The position numbers and the translations under genes are program-made. 64,000 nt of DNA from Nitrospirota bacterium (lineage in GTDB: Bacteria > Nitrospirota > UBA9217): contig DASPSR010000020.1 in assembly GCA_035623825.1 (NCBI GenBank), positions 1 to 64,000 on the forward strand, written 5' to 3'. This document shows positions 61,030 through 64,000 of this stretch, in pieces (the first letter of the stretch is position 1; each line of letters opens with the position of its first letter). The notes beneath the pieces were generated by a model. It saw nothing but the letters and a program-made list of their open reading frames with translations. It was not told where the DNA came from and ran no database searches.

Positions 61030-61995
61030 TTAATAAGAAACGGATGCCTTGACTACAATCTTCCGGATTTGGTTTCGGTACCTTCTTAGTAATTTGAACA
61101 ATCTAAAGAGCGGGGAATACAATACAAACTTCCGGAAATTGTATCGCTCACGGATTTTTTCAATCGCTTCTTGCCGGGAGATGCGTCCCTTCTTGTAGAG
61201 CTTCCATATTGAGTATACGGGTACATAACCCATGTAACCTCGTAGTATCCTTGATAAGTCAATGTAAGGTTTGTCCGCATAAGCTTCCAAAAACATGATT
61301 GATTCTTCTATAAGAAGAAAGTTGCCAGAAAGATTCCTGCTCGTCTCCTGATGCCCGTGAAGCCTGAATGCGCAAAGTGGTTCATTGATGTACGCAAAAT
61401 TCCCCTGCTCCAGCAGATGGGCCCACATTTCAAGGTCTACGGTCTGTTTGTAGCGCACATCGAATCCCCGACTAGAGTGTTTCTTTCTGAATAGAACCAC
61501 AGTGGGCTCCCCAATCCGGTTACTCTGTTCAACAAGGCAATCTTGAATTATCCGCGATCCGCAATAACCGATTTTTCCTCTATACTCCGACAAAAGGTCT
61601 ATGACATTCGACCTGCCATCAATGACGTAGCGAGCTGAAGCCACTAGCGCTATTTCATCGTTATCATCCAGCACTGCCACCATTTTTTTTAATGCATCTT
61701 TACTAACCAGCACATCATCGCTGAAAACGAATTTGATATATTCGCCTTTGGCGTGCTGAAGACACAAGTTTAAATTCCTGGCCTGTCCCACATTCTGCTC
61801 GTTAGCCCTGATTTTTATTCTCCTATCAATTTCTGCATATCTTTTAGCTATTGCGACAGTCTCGTCAGATGAGCAGTCATCGCTAACTATAAGTTCAAAA
61901 TCGGTATAGCTCTGCTTCAAGACTGATTCTATGGCTTCAGATAAAAAGTTTTCGCTGTTAAAAGTAGGCATGCAGACGCTGACTTTGGGGGTCAT
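61030..61995 (-). CDS. Glycosyltransferase family 2
   Basis: VSVCMPTFN, DDCSSD, IGEPTVVLFR, DLEMW motifs. Confidence 0.92.
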   Translation of the reverse strand: MTPKVSVCMPTFNSENFLSEAIESVLKQSYTDFELIVSDDCSSDETVAIAKRYAEIDRRIKIRANEQNVGQARNLNLCLQHAKGEYIKFVFSDDVLVSKDALKKMVAVLDDNDEIALVASARYVIDGRSNVIDLLSEYRGKIGYCGSRIIQDCLVEQSNRIGEPTVVLFRKKHSSRGFDVRYKQTVDLEMWAHLLEQGNFAYINEPLCAFRLHGHQETSRNLSGNFLLIEESIMFLEAYADKPYIDLSRILRGYMGYVPVYSIWKLYKKGRISRQEAIEKIRERYNFRKFVLYSPLFRLFKLLRRYRNQIRKIVVKASVSY

Positions 61996-62126
61996 GCGGT
62001 AACCTTCTTTCAAACGGGATGACAACTGCAGATAAAGTGCTATTGCCTTAATATTTCATTACATTGTTCTGGCACAATATGCTATGTGTTCAGTTTCATT
62101 GCCAGCACAGAGATGAACTCTAGGTT

Positions 62127-63098
62127 TTATCTTGGAATTCCCATAGAAACGGGCCGTCCCCTCATGTGCCAAGCAAGCAGGTATGCAAACATTTGCCAAC
62201 GTCTTCTTATGCGCTTGGAGGAAAATAGAGTCACTACGTTCAATAGGCCGTAGATAAGGAACTGATATGCTGTTTGCATAAATCCCAACAGTAATAACCC
62301 AAACCATGCGCAAGAAGTAAGATGCATATTCTTTTTATAAAAAAGATAGCGCGATCTCCATGACTCTACCCGGGACCTCAGATTGATCTCTTTCCTGCTT
62401 TGCCCGCCAAAATGATAGACTTTAACTTCTGGTAAATAATATGTCCGCCAACCGCTGCGCCGCATTCGGTAACACCAATCCGTTTCTTCATAGAATAAAA
62501 AATAATCTTCGTCCATAATCCCGACTGATTCTATGGCTCTTTTGCGCACCATCATGCACGCTCCTAGGACAACATCTACCTGAGCAGGCTCCTTGAACAC
62601 CGTATGTTTGGTTCCGAATGCCCTGTAGTAAATTCGCGGGGACAACACCTTAAGCAGGTGTTTGCTTGTGAATTCGGTCAACAGCACAGGAAAATTTCCT
62701 GCTGAATTTTGTAGCGTACCGTCGGCATTTAGGAGCTGGGGACCGCATATGCCAGCCTCGGGATAATGTTCCATAAAATCGGCCATGTCATCCAGAGATG
62801 ATTCTTTAAGATAAGTATCGCTGTTCAGGATGACCGCGTGTCTTCCCCGCATCTGTCTCATGGCCATGTTATTGGCCCCTGAATATCCCAGATTCAAGGA
62901 ATTCTTAAGCACCTTGACAGCGGGATAGGCATGAGATACCGCTTCAGCACTTCCATCGGAGCTTGCATTGTCCACGACGATAACTTCAAAGGAAGAGCGC
63001 TTAATCGTTCCATAAATAGAGGCAATACAGTCAAGAAGAAGCTGCTTTGTATTCCAGTTGACAATAATAATTGAAAGATCTATTTCCTTCGTTGTCAT
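62127..63098 (-). CDS. Glycosyltransferase family 2 (WbbL-like)
   Basis: SIIIVNWN, VDNASSDGS, LNSDT, FLFYEETD motifs. Confidence 0.92.
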   Translation of the reverse strand: MTTKEIDLSIIIVNWNTKQLLLDCIASIYGTIKRSSFEVIVVDNASSDGSAEAVSHAYPAVKVLKNSLNLGYSGANNMAMRQMRGRHAVILNSDTYLKESSLDDMADFMEHYPEAGICGPQLLNADGTLQNSAGNFPVLLTEFTSKHLLKVLSPRIYYRAFGTKHTVFKEPAQVDVVLGACMMVRKRAIESVGIMDEDYFLFYEETDWCYRMRRSGWRTYYLPEVKVYHFGGQSRKEINLRSRVESWRSRYLFYKKNMHLTSCAWFGLLLLGFMQTAYQFLIYGLLNVVTLFSSKRIRRRWQMFAYLLAWHMRGRPVSMGIPR

Positions 63099-63297
63099 GG
63101 ATCAATGACTCCTATTCTCGAGAAATTAAACTGCTGACAGTAAAATTAATGAAACGTCACTTGAGTGCTTTCAATTTTCGCTATTAACCTACCTAGACGA
63201 TAAGAAGATGCAAATATAAAAATCTGAATTCAAGTATATAATTTATGATTCAAAGATAGCAAACGTGCTTTGCTGCTCCATCGCCACGTAGCCTTCT

Positions 63298-63370
63298 CTG
63301 ATACGTTCCGCTTCCTGGTAGACGAGACTGAACGGATCTGTATCAGGGCCGACACACAGCAAATCTCCGT
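63298..63370 (-). pseudogene. Short remnant of a DUF62 gene, repeat of 8073-8146
   Basis: Encodes VGPDTDPFSLVYQEAERIR versus VGPDNGLFSLIYQEAERIR in the intact gene; 33 of the first 36 bp identical by manual alignment. Confidence 0.85.
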
Positions 63371-63484
63371 CGAGATGACTGGCCTTATCAATTAGGTTCA
63401 TTCTCACATTGATCCATTCTTAAATTTGGGATCTGGGACGGCCCCGCTCACTAATGAGAGATTGAAACGAAGGAGCTATAGCCC

Positions 63485-64000
63485 CTATGGCCCGCCCGAT
63501 TCGATCTTTCTTGCTATGATGACGTGCATGTCAGAGCATTTATCTTTCCATTTTCTCCATATCTCAGGGGTTTCATCTCGCTCCCTGCAAACAAGGTAGT
63601 CGTAATTATTTATGATTTCGCATTTTGAGTGTAGTCTTGATTCTATGTCGCCCCACATAATATGATCATCTTTAAAAACGTGAAGGTCGCCCCCTTTGCG
63701 TATTTTTCGCCTCTTATGTGACGAAGGACGACTTTTTATCTGTTTAATCCATTTTCTGAAGACGATAGATTTATGATCCGTTGTTCCAGAAGTAATTTTC
63801 TCGTCTCGTAACGTAAGCCCCAATTCGTCGCGATGAACCTTGCTGAATTCAGGTCCCAGTTCTTCAAGATATGCATCGTACTCTGAATTTGATTCCCAGT
63901 AGGTCGGGCATACTTCATGATCAATATATAGAATGCCGCCCGTTTTGAGCACGCGCACAAATTCATCTATAATTTTAAGATAATCGGGCACATGATGCAA
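63485..64000 (-). CDS. Class I SAM-dependent methyltransferase, 5' end outside window
   Basis: LHHVPDY...RVLKTGGILYIDHE motif. Confidence 0.75.
   Translation of the reverse strand: MHHVPDYLKIIDEFVRVLKTGGILYIDHEVCPTYWESNSEYDAYLEELGPEFSKVHRDELGLTLRDEKITSGTTDHKSIVFRKWIKQIKSRPSSHKRRKIRKGGDLHVFKDDHIMWGDIESRLHSKCEIINNYDYLVCRERDETPEIWRKWKDKCSDMHVIIARKIESGGP

Overview
Bacterial chromosomal segment, by gene content probably from an anaerobic Nitrospirota/Desulfobacterota-like organism (inference). Left part (1-18.6 kb): a type IVa pilin gene missed by the ORF track, with a sigma-54 promoter; futalosine-pathway menaquinone genes (deaminase, mqnE, mqnC); an AT-rich spacer with DnaA-box-like repeats; mtaB-miaB; a DUF62 SAM hydrolase; a FkbM methyltransferase; a monoheme cytochrome c; a bioB-bioW-bioF-SDR-bioD operon with a BirA-type operator; and manB/manC. 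The remaining ~45 kb is a minus-strand surface-glycan region with at least two sub-clusters, very rich in SAM-dependent enzymes. Most notable hidden features: (i) an O-acyltransferase gene flanked by eroded integron attC sites next to a decayed wbpP copy; (ii) a ~73-bp remnant of the DUF62 gene 55 kb from the intact gene; (iii) a Geobacter-like pilin that appears to be PilA-N and PilA-C in one chain; (iv) a candidate GDP-linked C-methyl-branched sugar pathway and a B12 radical SAM gene inside the glycan operons. No rRNA, tRNA, CRISPR array or transposase was seen. All calls come from reading motifs by eye; no database search was run.
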